The notes under the pieces are model-generated. The model ran no database searches. It had not been told where the DNA came from and worked only from the letters and a program-made list of their open reading frames with translations. Both the position numbers and the translations under genes were made by a program. Below, in pieces: positions 9,918 through 23,300 of a stretch of 64,000 nt of DNA (within the stretch, counting starts at the first letter, position 1; each line of letters opens with the position of its first letter). Origin of the DNA: Azolla caroliniana (Eukaryota > Plantae > Polypodiophyta); assembly GCA_043228905.1 (NCBI GenBank), contig JBHGNT010000005.1:23374001-23438000 (forward strand), read 5' to 3'.

Positions 9918-10324
9918 GGAGGGGGATAGTGTGATGATGGCGACGGTCAACTTGTAATGCATATATGCCAAGAATTGAACCATTAAGCTATCTGATACAC
10001 ATATTTATTACATTGTAATATAATATCATAATTTGCAGAATCCTAGAACATTCTAGAACTTCCTAGAACTTCTTTAGAGAACATTCTAGAAAACCCTCAG
10101 AGAATCCATGATCCACTATATAATGAAGCCCCCTCACTCTCGTCGAACCATTCTGGTTCAACACTAGTCTCGAGTCCTCCAAGTAAGATCTCTCTTGTAT
10201 CTCTTTATCTTAATACATATTTTCTTTAATTGTTACTCTATCTCTCTCTCACTCTCTCCACTAATACCTCATCTATCACTCTTTCTCTCACGCTTTCTAT
10301 TGCTATCTTGTCTCAATTCTGACA
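9918..10324 (+). mobile_element. Orphan 3' LTR with PPT, chromovirus-type
   Basis: GGAGGGGGATAG (cf. G PPT AAGGGGGAGATAG), then TGTGATGAT...TCTGACA (9930-10324) with TCTAGA-rich U3, TATA, TGGTTCAA motif and CT-rich U5. Confidence 0.65.
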
Positions 10325-13300
10325 CTTTGTGACAATGCATTAAGGGCTAATAAGCCAAGGTAACTATTGTTTATGGTTTATTGTTATCTGTTTTTATTTT
10401 GGTGTAGGTTGATTTATTTGTTAGGTTTAAGAGATTGTCTCCCAAAATCAAGTTCAATTAGAAACATTTGAATCACCTAAACCATGATTTTGGAAACACA
10501 TTAAGGGCTAGTTCATATGTTATATTTACGATGAACAATTGAGTTTTCTCAAAGGTACAATTAATCTACTTCATCACCATAGTTCCTCACTTTAGGATGT
10601 CGTGTGTTCTCGTCCAATCCAATCTATTAATGCCAATCATATGTTGCGTGTAACTGTAAAAACATATTCTTCGTCGAATGGGGACACTACACACATCAAT
10701 ATATGTTACAACCATAGTATGAACCATACACACCATACGTGCATTCGCATTCGTGAATGTTTCAATCATTCGTGTAAGAAAAACACCCTCAAAGAATGAT
10801 AAATACCATACTTTTGGATTAACTATTTATTATGTGGTAAATAAGCCTAAAAAATGGAAAAAAAACATTAAAAAAATGGGGAAAAACAAAGAAAAACACA
10901 ATAATGTTTGAATAACATTCACATTCATTTTCCAACGTAGGAAAACAAATGTTATGCTAGAAGAACACGAATTTTACATACTATGATCATACTATGATGC
11001 ACTCTAAAATATAGGGACGTGTGGGTGAAAGCATATGATCATACTATGATGCAAAAAGCATATTACATTTAGAGGATGTCCCCCATTATTGATCAATGCA
11101 TCACACAACTTCTTCATGTTGGATGATAGTCACTTCCACATACTAGGCACATGCATATGCTCATTAGAACATTCTAAAGCTCTCTTTAGCAACATGAAGT
11201 ATACTTGTTCTATTAGCACTTATCAGGGTAAAAAATTGCACAGCCTAAAATTCTTGAGAGAGGACAATTCATTGGCAGTCAAAAAATTGCCAATGAGCAA
11301 CTCCTCTAGCACAAACTTTTACCAATTCATAATTTTGTGAAAATGAAACTAAAAGCCACCAAGGACTAATCAACACGAAGGCATTTGTTTGACTAGCATT
11401 GTCATTTCACAAGTGCATTGGTGTTGCTACAAGGCCCCTTTTCTTCTTCTTCTAAAATATTAGATCTCCTAAATGTACCAGGAAGTGCTCTTCACAATCC
11501 TACGAAGTGAAACTAAAAAAAATCATGTCAGTCTGATGGGTTTATCAATTCATGTCGAGTGTATTGATGTTGATATGAGGCATCTTTCGTTTTCTTCTTC
11601 TAAAACATACACTCTCCAATTAATGCATTTTAATATATAAGTTCTTCTAGAATAGAAGCTCTCCATTTTATTCGGAGGAAACGGGTCATATCTATAAAAT
11701 TCTCATTTTAAATGTATAAACATATGAAGTTTTTTAAACTTAAAACATATGTATAGTCATTTGCATTTTAGCATAAAAAAGTTCCCTAAACACATGGATT
11801 TTAGAAATCATTCATTAATCATAAATGAGAAAAAGACTTGATCCTTCATAAAAATAGTGGCACAGTTGTATAGTTAATTAATGTGTCTCCAAATTGGGAA
11901 TCTTACTTGTATATCAGTGAACTTAGTATGTGAGTGACACTCAATGTCATAGTCTTGAAAATTAGCAAACGAAACGAAGTATGATCATTTGTTATTTTTG
12001 AATTGTAAAGTGAATCTTAAAAGATAATGCGTGTGAATCTAGATTAGTATTTGGGACAATGGAACCCTCATTCACTTAAACATATGATTAAACTTTTAGT
12101 TTTGGTTAGAATTCTTTTAGGAGGAACAAGATCCGAGGGGAAAATTTTTTGCCAAATTTTAGTATTTTCTTAGAATTCCATATCATATTTTTGGGGGACA
12201 AGCTTCTTGGGAGGTTACCCATCTCATAAATTTTTGCATGCTTGCTGACACAACTTTAGGGATCCCACGTTGATGTAGCCATCCCATTCCTAAAATCTTA
12301 AATTGTTACAAACATCTAGGTTAACCAACTTGAACCAAGCTTGTAGCTTTGACACCGCCTCATAACATCCCCCTTGATTCTGCAGCTTAATGGCTAAATC
12401 ATCCTCCCATTTGCATACAGAAGAGGGAAACAATTGAACCAAAAGTAGATCCCTATTGGTGGCCAATGGGTTTGGAAAATCAAAATCTTGAATAATTGTT
12501 TGAGCATCATTCAAGACTTTTGATCTACGGGAATAATTCACTTGGTGGATGGAAACATGAACTATGGGATCTCAAAACATGACTTGTTGAAGAAGAGGTT
12601 GTGGTCTCACATGGTTTCTCTCTATTTGGTTGAGTTCCTGACAGAGCAAATCATTGTTGGGTAGTTCAAATAGAGTCACCACATTCCTTCTCTTAAATGC
12701 TTTGTGTGTGTCACATGGCCAACTAGAAAACAAAATTTTATGTCTTTTTTTGTCCCTTGTGTTGTAATAGAGTTGATCTCAAGTTTGATTTCATGTCCTT
12801 TATTTTAGTCATGTACATGCAGACTTTAATCAAACACTATACCTCAGTTCGTTTCACCAAATTCCAAGTAACATCTTTTGGAGTTTCTAATGTTACTTCA
12901 TGTAGACAAGATATAGTAGATTAGGATAAAGCTCACTATGCAGGTGTCCTAGTTATAATTGAGAAACACCAGTGACACATGGGCAAGCATCTAGCTACCT
13001 AGTTTTAATTATTATGCATTTAATTCACATTGCATGCTTTAAAACAATACTAGGGAGAGGGAGAGAGAGACCAAGAAATGTCAAAGTTGAAATGTGGAGA
13101 AAGGAAATGCAAGAGTTGAAGAATTCAATAGAGTACGATACTCTATCTTGTAACCTTGTTTAGGGCTAAACATGCATCATCTAGAAGTCTCCTTGTTGAT
13201 GCCTTGACATACAACCCGATAGTTACTTTTAAGAAATAAATGTAGGTGTAACAATGATATTTCTGACTAGTAATATTGAAATAACAAGACGTGAGAATTT

Positions 13301-15640
13301 CGTAAATCTCTTCGTGATGTGAATGATGATTTAATTGAAGAGGACAAAACCTCAACGCCCAGAAATAATTGCAGAAATATTTAAATATGAGACTTTAGCT
13401 CAACTTTGTATCTAGAACACGCAACATGCACCGAAAATGTTTGAATAAGTTTGTCTTGAAGAAAAATATTTAACGTTGACTTATAGAAAACACGGTTTGT
13501 CTTTACTCTCTTTCGTCATGCATGCACATTTTTACGAAGCAAAATAAAAGGAAATGGTGCCTAACATGAAAAGGACATCGAAGAATTCTTAATCTCTTCT
13601 TTGTTTTAGATTACACCTTTGTGTATTTTAAAAAAGGTCTACGTTAAGGTTTAACTTGTAGTTTCTTATTTTTAGTACAAGTCTCGTAGTTTTGACTAGA
13701 TGACAAAGGAAGAAGAATAAAATAAGAACATGTGGTTGACATTAGGAAACTGAATCTACGGGAAAATAACCCAAATGGGAGTATGCATCCATGGAGCCGT
13801 CTTATCCGAAGGTGTTGACTTGTGTTCTAGAGTTTTACATACATTATTTTTCTAATGGCATGGCCCGTAGTTGTTTTGACATCATATGCAAGCCTTACCA
13901 AATAATTACAATTTATTGATTTAATAAGCAATTTAACATTATCTAGCAAGTCTTGTAATGGGCAATTGAACCTTATCTAGGAAGTCATGTCATAATAAAA
14001 AAGAGGTGATGAAAGATACTTATATCCCATGCTAATCCAAAATCTTTTGGAGTACATCCTTCGTTAAGAGGAGAAATCTACACTTGCATATGTTGTTTAG
14101 TTGTATACATGTCCTAGTTGCAAGACACGTGCATCAAGCCCGAGAAAGAAACTGGGATGGAATAAATATATCCCATATTTGGATCTAGTATATTTCATGA
14201 AGAAAGTTACATCTTCCTCAAAACGGAAAGAACGAGAATTGATCTCAATAGAAAGCGTCTTTAATTTGGAGACTTTGAAAAAGTTACTCATGCAATCTAT
14301 ATCTAAGGAGAAAGAAGATATATATAGCTAGCAAACAACTTTTGTGAATCCATAAACAATGTGGTATTGATGAAACATTTAGGTCTAGTTAGCCTAGATG
14401 TCAAAATGAAATTGAATCAGTTTGTACGTTTGTCGAACGTACAAATATTTTACCAATTTAGTGGGAATGTCGACAATTAGAGTTAGGATAAATGAAAGAA
14501 AACATCATATAATGACAACCAAAGCCAAGATCCAACAAAAAAGGTCCACTCAAGAATATACTCTCACTAGGGCTGCGATGTTTATGGTCTTGACTCTTCT
14601 CCCACATTGATTTGACAATTTGAAAGGCTCCATTATTGGGGGCGCAAGTTTCATCAACTTCTATATTATTCTAAAGTCAACCATCATGAATACTAATGAC
14701 AACTCAAAATCCTGCCATGTACGGAGAAACCCCCTAAAAACAAATATATTGATGCTAAGATTAGTGCATTATTACTTCTCTTATTCCATATACATAGTAG
14801 AGTTGACATCATATACCAATGTCTTTGGGATAAGGTTATTGAATTTATGACTTCATCCATGTGAATACATGACTATAATAACCTGTAGTGAAAGACACAA
14901 TTCACACATTGCTCAATACTCCTAAGCGAGGTTGTCCCAAACATGGAACACAAAGAACTAGAAACATGGGCGAACACTTTGGCTTCTTTCATGTTTAGAA
15001 ATTGGGAGTATTTCTGGTGGAAGAAAAGCATTATGAGGGAGCTACATTTCCCCACTCATAACAAGATAGAAAACGTTGGAGATAGAAATCCATTAGCTAG
15101 TGTGATTTGGACATTTGAGATCAAGATTATTTTTATTGAACCAACAATAATAAGCTTTGTTGGAAGACACCAATGAGCACATCTCATTCAGAGCAAGCTT
15201 TGAGGAAAATCTAATGTGTCAAATGATTAAGCACATAACGAGAAGGCGAAGAAGAACCTGTTGGCTTGAGCACAAGAGAGGATTGATCAAAAGTGATATG
15301 AGATTAGATAAGGTGATGATAAATGCAAGAGGACAATCATGGCTGGACAAGGGAATCTTGCAGTTGACGGGGTGAAAAGGCCTTTAAAATGTGTTATTGG
15401 TATATACCACGTACTCAGAAAGCTCTTGAAGTACCCATGCCCACCCCCAAGGTGTGCATAGTGTCCACAAACGCAATTATGTTATCGATATTTCCCAAAA
15501 ATGCCTTTGGCCAAGGGCACTTTGCATGTGCTAGTTGAGCATGCAACCATACCATCCCCTCGTCAATTCATTCTCATTACCAAGGGTTTGACAAAGTAGT
15601 TATACGAGGGGAAAAGCTTCCGAGGTGTCCAAGGAACAAA

Positions 15641-15643
<3 letters not shown>

Positions 15644-15692
<49 letters not shown>

Positions 15693-16092
15693 AACGTTTC
15701 CGACGATGTCAGGGCATGGAACGGACGGGTTTTATGTGTGTTTTGTCCCCTAGTAAAGAAGAAGAAGAAGAAGAAGAAGAAGAAAAGGGTGATGCGTACT
15801 TAGAGGAGCTAGAAAGGCATGGTTCTATTTATTTATGGTTTTAGGCCGATGGGCAAGAGGCGGTTTGAGAGAGAGAGAAAGAGAGGGGTGGGTGTTCCCT
15901 TGGCCTAGCCCTAGCCCTAGCCCTAATAACCCTATCTTAAAACGGTGGAGTGGCCAATTCTCTATAAAAAGCTCCCCCTCCCCTCCCCCACTTAAAACCA
16001 AGCTTTTGCGCGCCATTAAAGAAAAACAAAGAAAAAAGAACAAAGCACAACAATTTTACTTGACACATATTGGCTATGGTCAAAAGGTTACA

Positions 16093-16123
<31 letters not shown>

Positions 16124-16313
16124 TATACACATATATATATAGAGAGAGCCTTCCCTTACTCTTCTCATACATACACAACTCTCAACATGGCCATTTTACA
16201 CCCTCACTAGATAGATAGGTTCAATCCATCCATCTCCTAGGACCTCCTAGCCTCTGACACCCCGGCCTGCCGGGCGGCACCACCACAATCGGTGGCGGCA
16301 CCATACCATTCAC

Positions 16314-16352
<39 letters not shown>

Positions 16353-16380
16353 CATCCATCCATCTATCTATCTATCTATC
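15644..16380. repeat. Microsatellite cluster upstream of CHX: (CA)n ~15644-15690, (AAG)n ~15756-15784, (CT)n ~16093-16118, (TATC)n ~16313-16380
   Basis: Directly visible simple repeats. Confidence 0.9.
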
Positions 16381-16446
16381 TTGGCACGAATTTGCCCCCA
16401 CCCCCGCCCTTACCTCCCCTAGGACCTTCGGGACTTTCGGACCCCA

Positions 16447-16659
16447 ATGGCTTCGAATGTTACTAGTAACTCCTCTTCTTCTTCGTCTTGCCCGAAGACG
16501 ATGGCCGCCACTTCGAATGGTATATTCCAAGGCGACAACCCTGTCCATTTCGAGCTCCCCTTGCTCATTATCCAGGTCTGCCTCGTCCTCCTCGTCACTC
16601 GGACCCTCGCCGTCATCCTCAAACCCCTCCGGCAACCCCGTGTCATCGCCGAAATCATC
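16447..16659 (+). CDS. CHX: Cation/H+ antiporter (CPA2/CHX family), exon 1
   Basis: MAATSNGIFQGDNPVHFELPLLIIQ...LKPLRQPRVIAEII is a typical CHX N-terminus. GT donor at 16660, phase 0. The start could alternatively be ATG 16501. Confidence 0.9.
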
Positions 16660-16772
16660 GTAAGTTTGCTCTTTAAAATCACCAATTCCCCCAACCCATC
16701 TGAATTTTCAATTTCAAATCCATCCATACCTTACCTACCTCACCCATTGATTCGTATGTAATCTGTCTCTTT

Positions 16773-17100
16773 GGATCCATTTAGCTCATAATTTGATTTC
16801 AATCTGGATTTGTATGCAATCTGTCTCCTTCGATCCATTTAGCCCGTAGTTTGATTTCAATCTGGATTCGTATGCAATCGGTCTCCTTCAATCCATTTAG
16901 CCCGTTGATTTCAATCTGGATTCATACTCCGATCCATTTAGCCCATTGATTTCAATCTGGATTCATACTCCGATTGTGTCAATTCGATCCATTTAGCCCA
17001 TTGATTTCAATCTGGGATTCATACTCCCATCGTGTCATTCGATCCATTTAGCCCGTTGATTTCAATCTGGATTCATACTCCGATTGTGTCAATTCGATCC
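16773..17100. repeat. Degenerate minisatellite (~40-57-bp units, core GATCCATTTAGCCCRTTGATTTCAATCTGGATTC) in CHX intron 1
   Basis: About six visible copies. Confidence 0.85.
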
Positions 17101-17627
17101 GTTTGCTCACCCTAAAGTTTGTCATATATGTTTCCTGATTAAAACAAGAGCTTGAAAATCCATGGATCCATGTTTTCCTTCATCTGATGATTTTGATTTG
17201 GTCCATTTTGGCTCAATAAAATTATATCATATGTTTCCTCATTAAAACGCCAATTCCTAATTCGATTTTATATATTTTAAACCCTCATGTTTCTGGATTC
17301 AATCAAATCCTGCATCTTCTAATGGTACGATTCCCATGGAGGATCGATTCTTTGTTTCATCCCTCATGGATCGCTGGGCATAAGTAAATCTTTTGGGAAT
17401 TTGATCGGAAAAATAAAATAAAAAATATCGATCCGAATCTCTAATCTCTCCATCACTTTGATCTGATACCCTTAGCAAGAATCAGTTTCTCGCTCTCTTC
17501 TTTGTTTCGCTTTTCTTGGAAGACTAGTGAAACCCTAAACCTATGATTCTTGTTTCTCTTTTCTTTTTGTATGTGGCGCCTAAGGAATATGTGGTTCTTT
17601 TTGCTTTTTTTTGTTTGTATGTTGCAG

Positions 17628-18629
17628 GGTGGGATCTTGCTGGGTCCATCAGCGCTAGGCAGAAGCAAGGCATATACAGAGAACATATTCCCAAAGCAGA
17701 GCCTTGTGGTACTGGAGACAGTGGCAGATATAGGGCTCATCTTCTTCTTATTCATGGTAGGGCTAGAGCTGGACCTGAGGTCTCTCCGGAAGACGGGCCG
17801 GCAAGCCATGGCCATAGCGGCGGCCGGGATCACAGTCCCATTCGTGGCGGGGGTCGGGGTCTCGGTGGTCCTACACAACACAATTGTGAAGGAAGGGAGC
17901 TTTGCACCTTTCTTGGTCTTCATGGGGGTGGCCTTGTCCATCACCGCCTTCCCCGTCTTGGCCCGAATCCTGGCCGAAAGGCGCCTCTTGACCACGGATG
18001 TCGGACAAATGGCCATGGCCGCGGCGGCCGTAAATGATGTGGTGGCATGGATCCTTCTCGCCTTGGCCGTGGCCCTCTCGGGATCCAACCAGAGCCCAGT
18101 CATTGCCGTATGGGTCCTCCTCTCCGGCCTCGCCTTCGTGGCCTTCATGTTCCTAGCCGTCAAGCCCCTCATGAGCTTGGTCGCGAGGCAAACCCTAGAG
18201 AACGAGCCCGTCCACGAGGCCTATGTCGCCATCACCCTCGCCGGTGTCCTTATCGCCGGCTTCTGCACCGATGCCATCGGTATACATAGCATCTTCGGGG
18301 CCTTCATCTTCGGGCTCGTGATCCCCAAAGACGGGCCCTTTGCTGGAATCCTTATCGAGAAGATCGAAGACTTTGTCGCCATCCTCCTGCTCCCGCTCTA
18401 CTTCGCCGCGAGCGGATTGAAGACCAATATCGGGTCCATCCATGGGGCCCAGTCGGTCGGCCTCCTGGTCCTCGTAATCACGGTCGCGTGCGTGGGCAAA
18501 ATTGCCGGGACCTTCGTTGTCGCCAAGCTTCACAAGATGAGCGTCCGCAAGTCGCTCACATTAGGGTTTCTGATGAATACCAAAGGTCTAGTCGAGCTCA
18601 TCGTGCTTAACATCGGCAAAGATCGACAT
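17628..18629 (+). CDS. CHX: CHX exon 2 (transmembrane exchanger domain)
   Basis: TTGCAG acceptor at 17627; LSITAFPVLARIL, VNDVVAW, LMNTKGLVELIVLNIG motifs; GT donor at 18630; 334 codons. Confidence 0.95.
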
Positions 18630-18826
18630 GTAAGCATTAAATTTATTTCTGTTTTTCAAGTTCCAAGTTTTTAAAACCCTAAGTCTATGTCCATCCCCCT
18701 ACCCCCCCTCCCCAATTTAGGTTCCTGGCTGTTAAAACCCTAAGTCTATGTCCAAACAATAGAATGCAGACTATCCCTTAAAATTCGCATAGAAACATCC
18801 CGTGTAACCGAGGTTTTATCGCGCAG

Positions 18827-20320
18827 GTTTTGAACGACGAGACATTCGCCATCATGGTCATCATGGCTCTCTTCACGACATTCATCACCACTCCGATCGT
18901 CATGGCGATCTACAAGCCAGCCAGGAATCCTGTACCCTACACGAGGCGGACGCTCTCGGTGCCCGATAGCAAGATGGCCGATTCGGAACTAAGAGTCCTT
19001 GCGTGCGTACACGGCATGCCGAATGTCCATGCCATCATCAATTTGGTGGAGGCGGCTCGGGGCACAAGGAAGAGGCCACTCCACATGTACATATTGCATC
19101 TCCTCGAGTACTCGGAAAGGCCTTCGTCCATCATGAAGCTGCAACGGGTGAGGCGCAATGGGCTCCCGTTCTGGGACAACGAGCACCACGAGATGGACAA
19201 TGTGGTGGTGGCCTTCGAGGCTTATGGCCAGCTTAGCAAAGTCACTGTGCGTCCTATGACGGCCATCACGAGGTTCGACGACATGTACCAGGACATATGT
19301 GCCACGGCTGAGGACAAACGTGCGGCCATCATTGTGTTGCCTTTCCACAAGCACTCAAGGCCATCGGCCATGAGCCATGCCGGGGTCGGCACTTGGGAAG
19401 GTCATAGTGCCGGCCTCCGCCACGTAACCCAGAAAGTTCTCCTACACGCGCCTTGCTCCGTCGGGGTGCTCGTAGATCGAGGCATTGGCATGGCATCTTT
19501 TCCTTCCTCGTCCGTCAACCAACATGTGGCCGTTCTTTTCTTCGGCGGCCCCGATGACCGTGAAGCCCTCGTGTTTGGCTACCGTATGGCCGAACACCCC
19601 GGCATTAAACTCACCATCTTCCGCTTCGTGTTCGCCGACCACCACCATGGTGGCCATGTGGCCATCAACTTGCCTCCATCAGCGAGCAACTCGTTTGCAG
19701 GCGAAAGTGCGGTGCATGTGCCACGGTTCTCGATGAATTCAAGGTTCTCATTGGGCCATGATACGTTCGATTACATGGTGGGGGACATAGATTGGGCAAA
19801 AGAGAGCAAGCTAGACGAGGAGTGCTTGGCATTGGCAAAGAAGCGGATTGTTAGTGATGATGGAGTCCCCACGGCAACGATGGTTATTGAGTTTGAGGAG
19901 AAAGCGGTGACGGACCCCATCTCGGCGGCCTTGGAAATTGCCAAATCCGAAGAGTTCGGCCTTTTGGTAGTTGGAAGAGGAAGGAAGCCATCACCTCTTA
20001 TTGCACCTTTTGCTGGCAAACACGCCGAGTATGTAGAGCTCGGGCCCGTTGGGGAGGCCTTGACGACAACACCCGAGATGAGGTGCTCGGTGCTCGTGGT
20101 TCAACAATACGAACAAGAGCTCATGCAAGTTGCACCCCCATTGACCAAAGTGGTGGATGTGTCCACACCCAAGGCGAGTGGTTTAGTCGCGCTCTCGCCG
20201 AGTGTTGTTGTGATGACAGGCCCATCAGCATCACCTGCTAGCACAACCCCATTGGGTGGGTCTCCGCTTGACATCTCGTCTTCACCCTCACCACTTCTCC
20301 CTAGCAACAAAAGGCTATAG
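18827..20320 (+). CDS. CHX: CHX exon 3 (last TM + C-terminal cytosolic domain); total ~902 aa
   Basis: GCAG acceptor at 18826; VLNDETFAIMV, ELRVLAC, HAPCSVGVLVDRG, FFGGPDDREAL, ELGPVG, SVLVVQQ; stop TAG at 20320. Confidence 0.95.
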   Translation, partial: VLNDETFAIMVIMALFTTFITTPIVMAIYKPARNPVPYTRRTLSVPDSKMADSELRVLACVHGMPNVHAIINLVEAARGTRKRPLHMYILHLLEYSERPSSIMKLQRVRRNGLPFWDNEHHEMDNVVVAFEAYGQLSKVTVRPMTAITRFDDMYQDICATAEDKRAAIIVLPFHKHSRPSAMSHAGVGTWEGHSAGLRHVTQKVLLHAPCSVGVLVDRGIGMASFPSSSVNQHVAVLFFGGPDDREALVFGYRMAEHPGIKLTIFRFVFADHHHGGHVAINLPPSASNSFAGESAVHVPRFSMNSRFSLGHDTFDYMVGDIDWAKESKLDEECLALAKKRIVSDDGVPTATMVIEFEEKAVTDPISAALEIAKSEEFGLLVVGRGRKPSPLIAPFAGKHAEYVELGPVGEALTTTPEMRCSVLVVQQYEQELMQVAPPLTKVVDVSTPKASGLVALSPSVVVMTGPSASPASTTPLGGSPLDISSSPSPLLPSNKRL

Positions 20321-23300
20321 CTCTACACATCCAAGTGTGAAAGTACTAGGCTTGGCACTACTTCCTCTAGCCTTTGGTGTTGTATCATATCTAACAACAA
20401 TGAATTTAATAATTCTAGCCATGTTGGCATTATAAATTTATATGCACAAACCAACCTCGCTATATATAGATTCACACGGCCATTGTGTTACATATACTTA
20501 TATTCCCATGGCGTCTCCTTTTACTAGCCCAAAGCCCAACCAAAGTATGGAAAACCCAAAAAGTGTGATATTGTGACTTGCTTTCTCAATATATGATGAA
20601 ATGCATTAGATCAATAATCATCGGTCTCATGCATTCTCATGGGATTTGAGTTTTTTAAATCATTCTTCTTTAACATCCTTTATGTACCTACACACACTGT
20701 TTACCTTTTTCCTTTGATTTTGGAAAGATCTAAACATTGTGGGGAATCAAACTACAAAAGATTGTTGTTTATTGCAAATTATCAAGTTATTTTAAAACCA
20801 AAGGGTAGTCTTATAGCTAAGTGGTAAAAGGAGCAATATTTCAATGTACATGTAAACAATGAGCGGTAATATCTTAGATCTATGGAAATCAAGAAAACTT
20901 GATGGAAGTCTTATAACTAAGTGATATAAACGGAGTGAAATGTGTGTGAGTGTCATTGTGTATCCAAATGGTGGCAAATTCCTAAATTTCAATTGACAAA
21001 CTTGTTTACAAAGATATATCCTAACAAGTAGTAGAAGATAAGATAATGAGAGTTAAGTGACTTATCAAATGAGCCACAACCTTCCTATAAAAGAAATCCA
21101 AGGACAGTATGCATTGGCCATATTGCTAAAGTTCACAACATAGAAAGGGAGTTTGTCATTTAGTTTACATGGAAACCATCATCCAAAGTAATTGAGGCGT
21201 ACATTAGAGTATTAGATCAAAATACATTTTGATGGTGTTATACGAGAAGTATCCCTATCAATGTTCTTTCGTTACTTTATGTGGATGGGCATGTGTCAAA
21301 TGCAAAGCCAAGGGTGTAATGGAGGAAAGTCTTAAGGAAAACAAATGGCAGAGATGACAAGCCAACTATTCTTAGATATTGTGTCATATGAAGGCTTACC
21401 CTAGTCATCTCATTGATGAAAAGCTATATGTATAAAGTTCCAATATGTGATCTAATACCTAGATGTGAAGTTGGAAAACTAGTTAAACTATGAAATCATT
21501 AAAAATACTACGGCAAATGCCAAAGAGTCCACATGAGACCAATGATGTAGAAAGACAGAAAGGTGAATGTGGAAAACAGTAAACTAATTAAAGTATGCCG
21601 GGAATAAAGAAACTTGGTCAAGAGTCGTCCACATAATACTAGACTCTAGTTGTGTAGAAAGGCAAAAGGTAAAGGTGCGAAGTCAAGAAAAATGAGACAA
21701 AAGTCAAATACAAAGCTTGTCAGGGCAAATCATAGGTGACTCACTTGTAGAGGTAGAACGATTCAAATATGATATGACATGCTAAATCACAATGTGAAAG
21801 CTTTGAATCGATATATGATATAAACCATTTTAGATGGTCCCCTTGGAAGGCTCCTTATGAATTCATGAGGTTGCCCTATTGTATTTCTGAAATTTGAATG
21901 TACTTAAGTTCATGTTTTTGGGCAACCTTGTGTTCACAACGAGCAACAACAATTTAGAGTCGTTTTTACTAGTAAAACTCATCACATAGTTTTGTTTATA
22001 CACTCATACTAATTGTTTTTGTTTCAATGACATAATGAACGAAACTAAAAGCATAGTGCTTAAAAAGGCCATGCTTCAAAAAAGCCATGACAGAAAAGTG
22101 ACGATGAAGAATAATGTTGTATGTAGACTTTTTGGATGAACCTCGAAGAAAACAAGGATGATGGAGAAATGTTTTAATGAGTACATTGAACATTCATTCT
22201 ATAATCTCATAGAAAAAGAAGAACGAGACCAACTTTTAAGAAAGTTGTATCATGAACCTTTTTCTTTAAGAGATCAATTGGATTATATTTGACGAATTCC
22301 ATGCAAAGTGGACAATAGGATGTAGTGTTTGTACATTGATTTTAATGTTGTCATATATGTTTTATTGACTATTTCTTTTCATGTTTTGAAAGTTTTTTGA
22401 ACTCATTATTTATAAACTCCTTGAGTCATTCTTCAAATCTACAAACTCAACTTCCATGAAATTTGTTCTTCCAATGGCATTGGTCTTGCATTATGTGTAA
22501 CGCTTTCATATTAAATATACTCGAAATACTTAAAAAGGCATGTCTTTGAGCATGAATACCTTTCTTTCATGAAAACCACTTTCGTGACATCCACTCTATA
22601 ATGTTCCTAAAATTAGGACAATCATTGGGTTGGACCCTCCTAGTTCAATATACGTAACCATAATTGTATTACATCGTGGAGTAAATGACAATCGAGTAAC
22701 CTCAAGAATATGATTGGCGTGAAGAGTTCTGTAACGAAACAATGTTGAAAAAAGTGCAAGGTTCAAATTTAGATTTGATGGTAATTGATGCTTGATAGGG
22801 GCTTCCACGATAATATGGTTGGTTATGTTAATTGAATCAAAGGCAAAGTAAATGTATTCAGTTTTTGAGGGATCACAATAAGTATCAATGTGTATATATT
22901 AAGTAAGACTAAACATGCTAAAAGACAATGTGAAGAGATTCACTTTAAGGATTATATAAAAGACTTTATTGACACACCCACGAAGTATAGTTTTCATGTT
23001 TCTACATTAATTTCGACATTTATATAAACAAACATGATGGTGTTGTGGTAAGTTATATTAAGGTTAAGGGGTTTACTCTCAAACACTTTTTATGATATTG
23101 CTCGTAAAGTTAGTTTGACCAAACCTAAAGGAAAGAGTAATTGATAGATTTTCACAATACAAAGAGTGAAAATCATAGCATTGCCTCATAAAGGTCCCCA
23201 AGTATGGAAAACCTTAAAAATATTCATTCAATTGGACATAGAGAAGGAAAAACATTAATTTGATAACATTGTCTTTAAAAAGGGTCCCTATAAATAACGT

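Noticed and set aside
10330-15500. Possible decayed DNA transposon or LINE remnants
   Set aside because: Only vague peptide hints; no termini or convincing motif found by eye.
17550-17627. ORF-track N-terminus of the 374-aa ORF
   Set aside because: Intronic polypyrimidine tract upstream of the splice acceptor at 17627.
18673-18753. AAACCCTAA telomere-like motifs
   Set aside because: Isolated telo-box-like motifs in a short intronic duplication, not a telomeric array.
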